A DNA stretch of 64,000 nt from an uncultured bacterium. GTDB lineage: Bacteria > Acidobacteriota > Thermoanaerobaculia > Multivoradales > JAHZIX01. Made by a program: the position numbers and the translations under genes. Positions 1 to 8,834 of the stretch are shown here, one piece after another. Location: positions 32,001 through 96,000 of the forward strand of contig CBDUPA010000014.1 of assembly GCA_965368975.1 (NCBI GenBank), given 5' to 3'. The notes beneath the pieces were generated by a model that saw nothing but the letters and a program-made list of their open reading frames with translations, did not search any database and was not told the origin of the DNA. Numbering within the stretch: position 1 is the first letter of the stretch; every line of letters starts with the position of its first letter.

Positions 1-1836
1 GGAGTAGCTCTCCAAATCCGGCGCGCCAGTGCAACCCTCGTAGCAAAGCTCCAGCTCCTGCTCCGCCGACAGCTTGTTGGCATAGGTGATCGCATCGAAC
101 CAGGTCACCCTCTCCACCGGGCAGTTTGCGCCACAGTTCTGGAAGGAGGAGGGATTGCTCGGCATGAGCTTCAGCCACTGTGCCTGTGTCACCTCCGTCT
201 CGGCGATCCAGAAGCCCCGTGTCAGCCGGACGTCGTGCGGCAACCACTCCCGATCATCGAATCGCCCCGGCTCGTCCGCCGGGCTACCGACGGTGTACGT
301 ACCCGCTGGCACATAGCGGAACCGCATGCCGTACGGACCAGCCTTCGCCGCTCCTGCTTCCAGGGTCGAGCTACGGGTGGGGTCTGACTCCTCACTCTGT
401 GTAGGGGCGCCCCCATGTGGGCGCCCTGGGCGGGCGGTGGTGTCTGTCTGATTCGGCTCCTCTTGGACACCCGAATCGTCTCGATCTGCTTCCATGTCCA
501 CTGCCGTTGGCTCCTCTCCTCCCTGCGGCCACCACCGATCCGCCAACCAGGCCCCTATCAAGACCAGGCCGACCAGGATCCCGACCCAACTGCCGATCCT
601 GCCCCATATCGACTCCTTCGACCTGCTCGATCGCGGCGGAATCGACGCCTCGGACCGTGCCGGCTCGGACACCACCGGCTCGACAGGAACGACTGTCTGC
701 GCCCCCGACGCCAGCACCCCATACTTGTCCCCCACATAATCCCTTAGGCTCCTCTGGCTCCGCTCCGTACCATCCAGCGCCTCGATCTCTTCCAGCAACT
801 CTTCGACATCCACCCGATGCTGTGGCTGGTCTTCCGGAATCAACTCCACAATCTGATCGAACAGACTCCCGGTCAACACCGTGCCGAGATTGCCCGCCAG
901 CGTCGCCCGCGCCGCCTCTCGACGCTGCCGGTACTGCTCATAGGCCTCCGACACTCCCGGATTCACCGCCAGCGGCAGACTCTCCGCCGCGCCTTCAATG
1001 CGCCGTCCAATCCCGCGACTCACTCCGGCATCTTCCGGCCGATGCCGCCGCACCCACTGCGCCACCCGCTCCTGCAGAAAGTCCGCCAGGCTACGCACCG
1101 TAATCAAGCCCCGCGCATCGCCGGGCGCCTCCCCACGCAAGCCATCCAGGATCGCGGCCGTAAAGACGCCGTTGCCGCGTTCCGGGTCGTCGTAGGCATA
1201 GCCACCGTCCGTCGCGCCAGACAGCACCACCTGGCCCGACGCCTTGCCGATCGCTTCGGCGAAACTGTGCGCCATCGTCGATGCGGTGCCTCGCGTGGCG
1301 GTCATTCGCTCGCGGCAGGCGTCGAGGAGCACCAGGCGTCGATGCGCTGGGGCGTTCGCGACCTTGTCGAGCAACCACTCCAGGCGCAGACTCGCTTCGG
1401 TCACGTCGCTGAGCAGGGAGTCTTCGCTCAGCAGGAAATCACCAACGGTGTTCGACAGACCGTGCGTGGCGACGGCCAGGACCAAGAGACCATCGTGCTT
1501 GGACCTGCGCGCGGTGGCGCTGACGGCGCGCAGCACCTTGGTGTAGCCCGCTTGGAGCACGTCCGCTCCGGCGTCGCGCAGCTGCTCCAACCGCCCCCGG
1601 CTCGCCTCCTTCTTCGGCTCCCTGGTCAACGCCAGCGTCACGCGTCCTGGACGCAGGAGCTCCAGCTCGACGGCGAACAGGTACGCCAGGTCGACCGCGT
1701 CGTCGACCGCGTACGGCACGTCTTGGATGTGCTCGTCCTCGAAGGTCGAAATACCGACGAAAAGACCTGCGGACGCCTTCGGATCAAAACCTCGCTGTCG
1801 AGCTGCTCGCGCTACGGCTGTCGCCTGCTCCGGCAC
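1..1836 (-). CDS. Caspase-family (peptidase C14) domain + TM + FGE-sulfatase (SUMF1) domain protein, 3' end beyond window
   Basis: Hand translation of the minus frame (absent from the ORF track because it runs off the edge): GLFVGIS..VATHG..LLDAC (His-Cys dyad)..GNGVFTAAILDGL, TM GSWVGILVGLVLIGAWL, then MRFRYVPAGTYTVGSP..ETEVTQAQW..PVERVTWFDA. GTG at 1836 follows AGGAGG. Confidence 0.85.
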   Translation of the reverse strand, partial: MPEQATAVARAARQRGFDPKASAGLFVGISTFEDEHIQDVPYAVDDAVDLAYLFAVELELLRPGRVTLALTREPKKEASRGRLEQLRDAGADVLQAGYTKVLRAVSATARRSKHDGLLVLAVATHGLSNTVGDFLLSEDSLLSDVTEASLRLEWLLDKVANAPAHRRLVLLDACRERMTATRGTASTMAHSFAEAIGKASGQVVLSGATDGGYAYDDPERGNGVFTAAILDGLRGEAPGDARGLITVRSLADFLQERVAQWVRRHRPEDAGVSRGIGRRIEGAAESLPLAVNPGVSEAYEQYRQRREAARATLAGNLGTVLTGSLFDQIVELIPEDQPQHRVDVEELLEEIEALDGTERSQRSLRDYVGDKYGVLASGAQTVVPVEPVVSEPARSEASIPPRSSRSKESIWGRIGSWVGILVGLVLIGAWLADRWWPQGGEEPTAVDMEADRDDSGVQEEPNQTDTTARPGRPHGGAPTQSEESDPTRSSTLEAGAAKAGPYGMRFRYVPAGTYTVGSPADEPGRFDDREWLPHDVRLTRGFWIAETEVTQAQWLKLMPSNPSSFQNCGANCPVERVTWFDAITYANKLSAEQELELCYEGCTGAPDLESYS

Positions 1837-2116
1837 CGCACCTCCTGAGGGCTTGTCAGTTGGGGTTCGGCGAAATTGGGTGTGCGGCTATTCTGCGGCG
1901 AAGAACGCTCAGAGGCAAGTCTAGACGGAAGGCATACGCCTGCGGCACGGGCTCACCACCACACTCGGGGAAACTTCGATCACGGGCGACAGATCAGCGG
2001 CTCATTTGTCGTCTATATATGCAGCGCTCAAGAGCAGGGCAGAACTCTGTCACAATGTTCACCCAACAGGAGTACGCTAAAATTCGACGCGTCACGCTGT
2101 CTCGAACCACACAGAA

Positions 2117-2191
2117 GCGATCTACATCATCGGCGACGACCTGGGCGTCGAGTTCGTGAGCGTCGAGGAGGTACACAAGCATGACTACTGA
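2117..2191 (+). pseudogene. C-terminal remnant of RelE/HigB-type toxin
   Basis: Frame reads AIYIIGDDLGVEFVSVEEVHKHDY*, overlapping the antitoxin start. In-frame TAA at 2078 with no start codon before the homologous segment. Confidence 0.65.
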
Positions 2192-2522
2192 AAACACGAC
2201 GACCAAGAACACTCGGCCGGGCGTTGCCGCCGACGTCTTCCTTGAAGACCTCCTCGGCGGCCCGCTGACCCTGCGCGACCTGCTGGTCGCCATCCGCCAG
2301 GGTGAAGACCTCAGCCAGGCCGCGTTCGCGCGCCAGCTCGGGATCTCTCGTTCGCACCTGTGCGACATCGAGAAGGGCCGCAAGACCGTGAGCCCGCAAC
2401 GGGCGGCGCGCTTTGCGCGGACGTTGGGGTACAGCGCGGAGCAGTTCGTACAGCTGGCGCTGCAGCAGGAGGTGGACGACGCGGGGTTGGGGATGCGGGT
2501 GCAGTTGGTGCCGGTGAGTTGA
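2181..2522 (+). CDS. HigA-like XRE-family HTH antitoxin
   Basis: LSQAAFARQLGISRSHLCDIEKGRK HTH_XRE motif, GAGGAGG RBS, follows the toxin remnant. Confidence 0.85.
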   Translation: MTTENTTTKNTRPGVAADVFLEDLLGGPLTLRDLLVAIRQGEDLSQAAFARQLGISRSHLCDIEKGRKTVSPQRAARFARTLGYSAEQFVQLALQQEVDDAGLGMRVQLVPVS

Positions 2523-2745
2523 GCGGCCCCATCTAGCTTGCTCTGTTACTACCGGTCCCGGCGAGCCTGCTCTGTGGCTACCGGCCCAGCCGGCCTGCCG
2601 GCCTTGGCGGCCCCAGCGGGCGCGGAACCCACGCGCATCGACGTGCACGAAGGGGCCATGGTTCGCAGTCTTGCCGTAGAGGCCGAGGCCGCCGATGAGG
2701 GGCTCGTACTCTTTGTCGCCAACTTGACCGTCTATATCGATTCCC

Positions 2746-4269
2746 TCACGGCAGCACGAGAGGTGTGTGAGGGCCGGGCAGGCGGCGCAGGAGCTGCTGC
2801 AAGCGCGGCCGGGAACGCAGGGTGTCGAAGCGTGGATCGACGGCCAACCATAGCGCCTCGGGAACGCGCGCGTCGACCGCTCGTTCGAGCAGCGTCAAGG
2901 CCTCGTCGGGCTGGCCCAGCTGCAGGTAGGCATAGGCCTGCGTCACCGGCTGTGGCGGTGCGTGGACGAGAAACCAACGCCAGACGGCCGGCCACCCCTC
3001 CTTGTTGTGCAGCCCGTCGAGCGCCGGCAGCGCGGGACCACCACCGGAGATGTCGACCACCAGGCGGAGAGCGCGGTAGGCGGCGTCCATCTCTCCCAAG
3101 CGCAGGCGCACCAGGAAGAGGACGTTGGCGCAGTCGAGACTCGGGGTCAGGCGCCAACCCTGCAAGGCCACCTCGATCGCCTCGCGTGGCCGGCGGGCGT
3201 GCGCCAGGGTCGAGGCGAGGTCACAGTAGCGCTGACTGGTGACCGGGTCTAGGTCAACCGCCACGCGTGCCGCCTGGTCTGCCTCACGCAGGCGGCCGCG
3301 GGCGGAAAGCAACCAGGCAAGGCGCTGGTGCGCGTCGGCGTTGCCGAGGTCGAGATCCAGGGCGTCGCGGTAGGCGTGTTCAGCGGCATCGAGATCCCAG
3401 TCGACGAGGAAGCGCAGCGTGCCCAGGGCGAGCTGACTCTCGGCGCGGAGCGGGTCCAGCCGCAACGCCTCTTCTACCGCCTGGCGCGCCTCGGTGCAAT
3501 CGAGCGGGCGACAAGGCGCGACCTGTGGCTGCTGGGCGCCGAGCAAGATCAAAGCCTCGGCCAACCAGGCGTGCGCCTCGGGCCATTCCGGTTCCAGCGC
3601 CAGGGCCCGGCGCAGATTCTCGACCGCCGTCTCGAGGGCCGGCCTGGAACGCTGGCGCACCAGGTAGCGTCCACGCAGGAAGGCATCAGTAGCCGAGGGT
3701 TGCCGAGGGTCGGCAGGAGCCCCACGCGTGGTCTCCGCCTGCCGGCTCAGCTCGGCGCGCAGGGTCAGCAGATCCCGCGTCCACACGGCGAGGACCGCGA
3801 CCAGCAGCAGCGCGCCGGCGATCCGCCATCGCGATCCACGCCACCAGCCGACGCGGGCGGTCGGCGTCAGAGAATCGGCTGGCACCTCTATGGGCACCTC
3901 TGGGTCGACGCCTTGTTCGACGCCTGGCTCAACGGGGGCCACCGGTGCCGCCCAGCGGTAGCCGCGCCGCGGAATGGTTTCGACGAAACGCGGCTGGCGC
4001 GGGTCGTCACCGAGGGCGCGTCGCAGGGCACTGACGGCGACGGTCAAGGCCTCTTCCCCGACCATCTGCCCATCCCACACCTCACGCAGCAACTCCTCGC
4101 GCGGTACCACCACACCGACCCGCTGCACCAGGTACACCAACACCGCCATCACCCGCGGCTCGAGGCGTGTCTCGCATTCGTCCGAGCACACCAGGTGACG
4201 CTGCGGTTCGATGGTCCATTCGTGGGCCCGGAAGACCCCGCTCTCTACATCCACGTGCGACAAGTCCAC
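2746..4269 (-). CDS. Membrane-anchored transcriptional regulator: CadC/ToxR-like winged helix + TM + TPR
   Basis: LEPRVMAVLVYL..REELLREVW..LTVAVSALRRALGDDPRQPRFVETIPRRGY (Trans_reg_C), TM IAGALLLVAVLAVW, TPR repeats. Start uncertain (GTG 4269 chosen, ORF open to 4341). Confidence 0.85.
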   Translation of the reverse strand: MDLSHVDVESGVFRAHEWTIEPQRHLVCSDECETRLEPRVMAVLVYLVQRVGVVVPREELLREVWDGQMVGEEALTVAVSALRRALGDDPRQPRFVETIPRRGYRWAAPVAPVEPGVEQGVDPEVPIEVPADSLTPTARVGWWRGSRWRIAGALLLVAVLAVWTRDLLTLRAELSRQAETTRGAPADPRQPSATDAFLRGRYLVRQRSRPALETAVENLRRALALEPEWPEAHAWLAEALILLGAQQPQVAPCRPLDCTEARQAVEEALRLDPLRAESQLALGTLRFLVDWDLDAAEHAYRDALDLDLGNADAHQRLAWLLSARGRLREADQAARVAVDLDPVTSQRYCDLASTLAHARRPREAIEVALQGWRLTPSLDCANVLFLVRLRLGEMDAAYRALRLVVDISGGGPALPALDGLHNKEGWPAVWRWFLVHAPPQPVTQAYAYLQLGQPDEALTLLERAVDARVPEALWLAVDPRFDTLRSRPRLQQLLRRLPGPHTPLVLP

Positions 4270-4282
4270 CTCTCCTCTCGAA

Positions 4283-4347
4283 CCTTTCTCAGTCCTTGGC
4301 CTTTCTCGGTCCTTGGCCTTTCCTTGGCTACTCCTTACCAATTCTTC
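4283..4347. promoter_or_regulatory. Phased direct repeats (TCCTTGGC), candidate wHTH operator
   Basis: TCCTTGGC at 4293, 4310 and 4321, TCCTTACC at 4332, TTCTTC at 4342, giving about 11-bp periodicity. Also a near-perfect 17-bp tandem duplication, 4283-4299 and 4300-4316. Confidence 0.55.
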
Positions 4348-4447
4348 AGGCCCGTAGCGCCCTATCCAGATGATCCTGCGTCCAGCTCAACCGCCGCGCC
4401 CGTCGCGGCTGACGTTCCGCACTGGAACCAACAGAAAGGAAACCCTC

Positions 4448-4798
4448 ATGAAGCAAATCCCGCTTCTCTTGCTGACCCTCGCTCTGCTTCTCCCTCTGAC
4501 CTCCGCTACCGCAGAAGCAGCCATCGAACCGGCCACCGGCACGGCGATCGCCGTCTCCCCGGCAAGCACCGGTGCCACACTCGCCCTCGACCCCCTGTTC
4601 ACGCCGGCACAGCAGCCCAAGACCGCGGCCACGGCGCTGCAACTCGACTTCTCGTGCAACTACACGACGGTTCAGGAGTGCCTGGACTGTTGCCAGGACT
4701 GGGTACGCGCCTGCAAGGCCGCCTGCGGAACCAACTATTCCTGCCAGTTCCAGTGCATGAGCACCGGTCAGACCCTGAGCGCTCAGTGCTACTACTGA
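4448..4798 (+). CDS. Small secreted Cys-rich prepropeptide (116 aa)
   Basis: AAGGA RBS, signal peptide MKQIPLLLLTLALLLPLTSATAEA, Ala/Thr/Pro-rich spacer, 47-aa C-terminal core with 9 Cys. Confidence 0.8.
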   Translation: MKQIPLLLLTLALLLPLTSATAEAAIEPATGTAIAVSPASTGATLALDPLFTPAQQPKTAATALQLDFSCNYTTVQECLDCCQDWVRACKAACGTNYSCQFQCMSTGQTLSAQCYY

Positions 4799-4903
4799 GC
4801 TTCGCCTAGCGGGCCAAGGCTCGCTTTGGAAAGACGGACGAGTCGCGGGAAATTCCCAGGGCTCGTCCGTGCGTTCTGGGCTGGCTCATCTGAGCCGGCG
4901 GGC

Positions 4904-5206
4904 TCAGCCCCCCGCGCGCAGCTTGGAGATCTTCGACTCCAGCCGCTCTTCGATCCGCTTGCGCTCGCGCACGTACTCTTCTTCCAGCAAGCCAATGTCG
5001 TCCTGGCCCTTGGCCAGCTTCTGCTGGTGCAGGATCTCCAGATTCGCCAGCTCGGCTTCGGCCTTGGAGCGCAACTCGGCGATCTGTGCGCGAGCGTCGT
5101 CGGAGAGCGCGTCCTGGTTGGGCCGCTCGATGCCCGCCTGCTCCATGCGTTCGAGCGCGAGTTCGTAGGCGGACTTCATGCCGGTGGTTTTGTCTTTGCC
5201 GCTCAT
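4904..5206 (-). CDS. Small helical hypothetical protein
   Basis: MKSAYELALERM.. charged coiled-coil ORF with coding-like codon use. Confidence 0.75.
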   Translation of the reverse strand: MSGKDKTTGMKSAYELALERMEQAGIERPNQDALSDDARAQIAELRSKAEAELANLEILHQQKLAKGQDDIGLLEEEYVRERKRIEERLESKISKLRAGG

Positions 5207-5388
5207 GGGGGAAAGATATCAGGAAGCACCGGGCACCGGCGCTACCTGGACGGAGGCGCTCGCGAACCGCTTCCGGCCGGGAGGGCCCGGCAACCGTCCA
5301 GGCAAGACCCAGGTGAGAGATTGCGCTCGTTGATGGCAGTCCTCAGGTAGCCAACATGATCGAAGGTTCATCCAGAGGAGATACCCCC

Positions 5389-6744
5389 ATGAGTGACGAC
5401 GCCCGTATTCCCACTGCCGCCCTGCTGTTCGACAAGCTGCGCGAGTCCGAGGTCATCTCGGCGGACTGCTACGCCGAGGTGTGCCGCCACATCGACCCGC
5501 TCCTCGAACTCGCCCGCTCCATAGACAAGAGTGCCGAGTCGAACGACTGGGACAAGATCCGTGCCGAGTGGAGCTTTCCAAGTCAGCCCAAACCCGTCAT
5601 ACCGATCAACGCGGCGAACCTGTGCCCGAAGCCGACCAAGGTGACGCTGGCACTCAACCGCCTGCGTCTCGAGTACAACAACAACGTCTCGCAGCAGGAG
5701 CGCACCGGCCCCGGGGCCGCCCGCATCCAGGAAGCCCGCCTGGCGATCGCCCAGAATCTCGGCCTGCACATCAACCTGATCGACCCCCCGGACTGCCAGG
5801 ATCTGGCGATTGTGCGCAACACCAGTGAGGCCAACAACGCGATCAACAACGGTGTGCGCGACTGGGGTCCGGACGACAACGTCGTCATCTGGGATCAGAA
5901 CCACCCGACCAACAAGGGCGCCTGGTACCTGCGCGCACAGCGCTACCGCTTCCAGGTGCGCGAGGTCCACCTACCGACCACCGCGACCGCCCAGCAGATT
6001 ACCAACGCCTTCCTCGGCCAGATCAACCGCAACACGCGGTTCGTCACCTTCACCGAGACCTCCAACGGCAACGGCATGCGCATTCCCCGTAGCTCGATCC
6101 GGGACCTCTGGACCTACCTACAGAGGAGCCACCCCAACTGCCACCTACACATCGACGGTGCCATGACCTGGGGCTCCCAGCACGTCGACCTGCTGCAGGA
6201 CCTGCCGTGCCACAGCTTCTCCGCCAGCGCGCACAAGTGGTTCTGTGGCCCGAAGGAAACCGGCATTCTGTACATGAAACCCGAAGCCGCCGAGCGCCTG
6301 ATGCCCAACGTCTATGGCTACGACTACCGGATCGTGGATCCGCCGTGGGACGCGATCCCGCGCACTGCCCGTCGCTTCGAGCTGCTCGGCCAGCGCGACG
6401 ACGTCAACATCATCCACCTGCTCACTGAGCAGACCTTCCTCTCCTCCATCGGCGCCAGGGCGATCGAAGAGCGCGTCCGGTTCCTGGCCACCCACCTCAA
6501 ACGGGAGCTGCAGAAGAACGGCTGGAAGCTGGTCACCCCGGAGGAGGACTGGAAGAGTCACGGCATCGTCCGCTTCGAAGCACCGCAGGGCGACCGTCCG
6601 CAGTCGCTCTACAACTACCTCTACGACAACCACCGCATCGCAGGCTCCGGCGACAGCGAGACGTTTCGGCTGTGTCCGCACATCTACAACAACGTCGAGG
6701 ATCTGGACTTAGCGATCACGGGCATGAGCCGCTGGCGGGGGTGA
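5389..6744 (+). CDS. Class V PLP-dependent aminotransferase (isopenicillin-N epimerase/selenocysteine lyase-like)
   Basis: RNTSEAN, HIDGA, SAHKWFCGPKETG (PLP lysine), RLCPHIYN. GAGGAG RBS before ATG 5389. Confidence 0.85.
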   Translation: MSDDARIPTAALLFDKLRESEVISADCYAEVCRHIDPLLELARSIDKSAESNDWDKIRAEWSFPSQPKPVIPINAANLCPKPTKVTLALNRLRLEYNNNVSQQERTGPGAARIQEARLAIAQNLGLHINLIDPPDCQDLAIVRNTSEANNAINNGVRDWGPDDNVVIWDQNHPTNKGAWYLRAQRYRFQVREVHLPTTATAQQITNAFLGQINRNTRFVTFTETSNGNGMRIPRSSIRDLWTYLQRSHPNCHLHIDGAMTWGSQHVDLLQDLPCHSFSASAHKWFCGPKETGILYMKPEAAERLMPNVYGYDYRIVDPPWDAIPRTARRFELLGQRDDVNIIHLLTEQTFLSSIGARAIEERVRFLATHLKRELQKNGWKLVTPEEDWKSHGIVRFEAPQGDRPQSLYNYLYDNHRIAGSGDSETFRLCPHIYNNVEDLDLAITGMSRWRG

Positions 6745-6776
6745 CATGCTGAGCTCTCCCTGAGACGTCGAACGAC

Positions 6777-6808
6777 GGAGCCTTTCCGACGAAACCCGGA
6801 AAGGCTCC
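6777..6808. terminator. Perfect 12-bp hairpin between convergent genes
   Basis: GGAGCCTTTCCG-8 nt-CGGAAAGGCTCC. No U-tract, so terminator function is uncertain. Confidence 0.55.
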
Positions 6809-6833
6809 TCGTCTCAGCCGAACGGTGCCCTGC

Positions 6834-7544
6834 CTACTCTGCTTGCAACTGCAAGCGCTCGATCGAGTAGTGCATGTGCGGCTGACCGTCGACCGCCATG
6901 TCGACGCGGTGCGGCAGGGTCCAGCCCTCGACCGCTCGGTACTCGGAGAAGGTCACTTCCGAAGTGACGGCTTCGTCGGCCGTTGCTTCCGGATCGACCG
7001 TCGGCTCCAGAGATGCGGAGTAGCGCACTGCGACGAGCTGGTAGCTCTCCAGGTCGATCTCCAGCTCACCCAGCAGCACATCGCCCCGCCGCGCTTCGAT
7101 CACACGCCGTTGCGAAGTGATTTGCGGCTGCAAGCCCAAATCGACACCGGGACACAGGATCAGGAACTCGAGCTGCCTACGGCACAAGTAGAGCTCTAAG
7201 TAGTCCCGCATCTCCTCGTCGAGCTCGGCGCGGCCGTTCGGGCCTTCGAGGAAAGCAGTTCCGGCGTGCCAGCTGCGACGGATGACCTGACCATCAATCT
7301 CACGCTCCTGGAACAGGCTCTGGCCTGGTTCGATAATCGTGCGATCGGCGATGGCATGGTCATCACCTCGGTATTGGTACAGAGCCTCGATCTCAATGCG
7401 TGCGGGAACCAGGTCCCGCCCCCCAGCCAAAGCGATCCGGGCCTCGTCGATCAGCCGCGAGGCTTCGGGATCAGAAGCCGCCACGGCGGCATTCGTGAAC
7501 AGGGGTACGAACAGGAACAGGACGGCAAGAATCCAAGACATCAC
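6834..7544 (-). CDS. Secreted hypothetical protein, paralogue A
   Basis: Signal peptide, GGAGG RBS, C-terminal FSEYRAVEGWTLPHRV. Clearly similar to the ORF at 7767-8525. Confidence 0.8.
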   Translation of the reverse strand: MMSWILAVLFLFVPLFTNAAVAASDPEASRLIDEARIALAGGRDLVPARIEIEALYQYRGDDHAIADRTIIEPGQSLFQEREIDGQVIRRSWHAGTAFLEGPNGRAELDEEMRDYLELYLCRRQLEFLILCPGVDLGLQPQITSQRRVIEARRGDVLLGELEIDLESYQLVAVRYSASLEPTVDPEATADEAVTSEVTFSEYRAVEGWTLPHRVDMAVDGQPHMHYSIERLQLQAE

Positions 7545-7599
7545 ACTACCTCCGAAATCAGATGGGAATCATCGGACCCCAATAACAAGGAATCTCGAC

Positions 7600-7627
7600 A
7601 CCATAACAGTCAGGAAGTGTTTGTCAA
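7600..7627 (-). promoter_or_regulatory. Sigma70-like promoter for paralogue A
   Basis: Minus strand TTGACA-16 nt-TATGGT with TGn extended -10. Confidence 0.55.
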
Positions 7628-7766
7628 GATTCTGTATGCGTGAACATATTTCCCGCAATCTCGGATGTTCGAGAGGTCTTCCCCCAAGCAGCAATGGATA
7701 TCAGGAGAGTCGATATGGCTCTGCATCTATCTCCTCCACATACCCCTGGCCTCGAGAGGGATTGCC

Positions 7767-8525
7767 TCACTCTGTTCGCAGCTGATAGCGCTCAACCGAA
7801 TAGGACGAAAGCACCCTTCCGTCAATCACCGTCTCGGCCCGATGCGGCAGGGTTCAGCCATCGACCATTCGGAAGTCCGAGAAGGTGACCTTGGCTACGG
7901 TATCCATAATCGAGGTATCCGTGGCCGAGGTATCCGTGGGCGAGGCATCCGTGGGCGAGGCATCCGTGGCTGCCGCCGCGGCAGGCCGCTCAAGCGTAGC
8001 GTCCAGAGGTAGCTGCAAGGCCGCCAGTCGACGCGTCTCCAGGTCGATCTCGAGCACGCCGAGCAGAACCTCACCGCGCCGCACCTCGATCATCCTTCGA
8101 GAACTCGTACTCTCCCGCAACACCGATGCTTCTGCACCCGGGTACAGAATCAGGAACTCCAGCTGGCGACGACACAGATAGGTCTCGGGTTCAACGCGCA
8201 TGTCCGGGTCGAGATCGACACGCCCCGCCGGGCTCTCCAGGTAACCACCATCAACGCTCCAGGAGCGACGGATCGGCTCACCTTCGATCTGCCGCTCTTG
8301 GAACAAGCTCTGTCCCGGTTCGATGACGGTGAGGTCCGAGATCGCCTGATTCTCGTCCTCGTAGCGATACACCGCGTTGATCTCAATTCGCCTTGGCACC
8401 ACATCTCGACCACCAGCGGCAGCGATACGCGCTTCTTCGATCAGGCGTAGCGCTTCGGTGTCGGCCAGACCACAGTGCGGAGCTACGGTTGTCAAGAGCA
8501 GGAACAGGATGAAAGTACGTTGCAT
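7767..8525 (-). pseudogene. Secreted hypothetical protein, paralogue B, interrupted by in-frame TGA at 7854-7856
   Basis: DFRMVDG*TLPHRAETVIDGRVLSSYSVERYQLRTE* aligns with paralogue A EYRAVEGWTLPHRVDMAVDGQPHMHYSIERLQLQAE. Confidence 0.75.
7911..7970. repeat. 15-bp tandem repeat x4 (in-frame TDASP/TDTSA)
   Basis: CGAGG(T/C)ATCCGTGG(C/G) four times. Confidence 0.9.
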
Positions 8526-8792
8526 GAGAACACCCTCGAGTCAAGGAATGAAAGGATCGCACCCACATTGGGTAATTCGACATGACACCCCACTTATCAC
8601 CGCCAATCAAGACCTTCTAAATAAACAAGGAATGTATACTCCTGAACCGCCTGTAACCTGACATTTCGCACATCGGAATTTGAACATTGCCCACAGCTCG
8701 TGCTTCACAAGAGCCACCTCGATCACCGCTGGGGAAACGGGAAGTTCCCAGCGGCCAGACTTGACTTCGAATCCGCGCCGAACCAAGATACA

Positions 8793-8802
8793 TAACCGGT
8801 TA
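8793..8802. promoter_or_regulatory. Palindrome, candidate MarR operator
   Basis: TAACCGGTTA just downstream of a TTGACT..CAAGAT promoter-like element, 32 nt before the MarR ATG. Confidence 0.4.
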
Positions 8803-8834
8803 AGCTAAAGACCGAAACCGGCAATAGGCCAAGA

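Noticed and set aside
817-1848. 343-aa plus-strand ORF
   Set aside because: Antisense shadow of the caspase-FGE gene, with no motifs.
2538-2745. Possible gene fragment downstream of the antitoxin
   Set aside because: No start, RBS or recognisable motif, so it cannot be supported.
7854-7856. TGA as selenocysteine, or evidence of genetic code 4
   Set aside because: It aligns to Trp, not Cys, and many genes here clearly end in TGA with Trp encoded by TGG.
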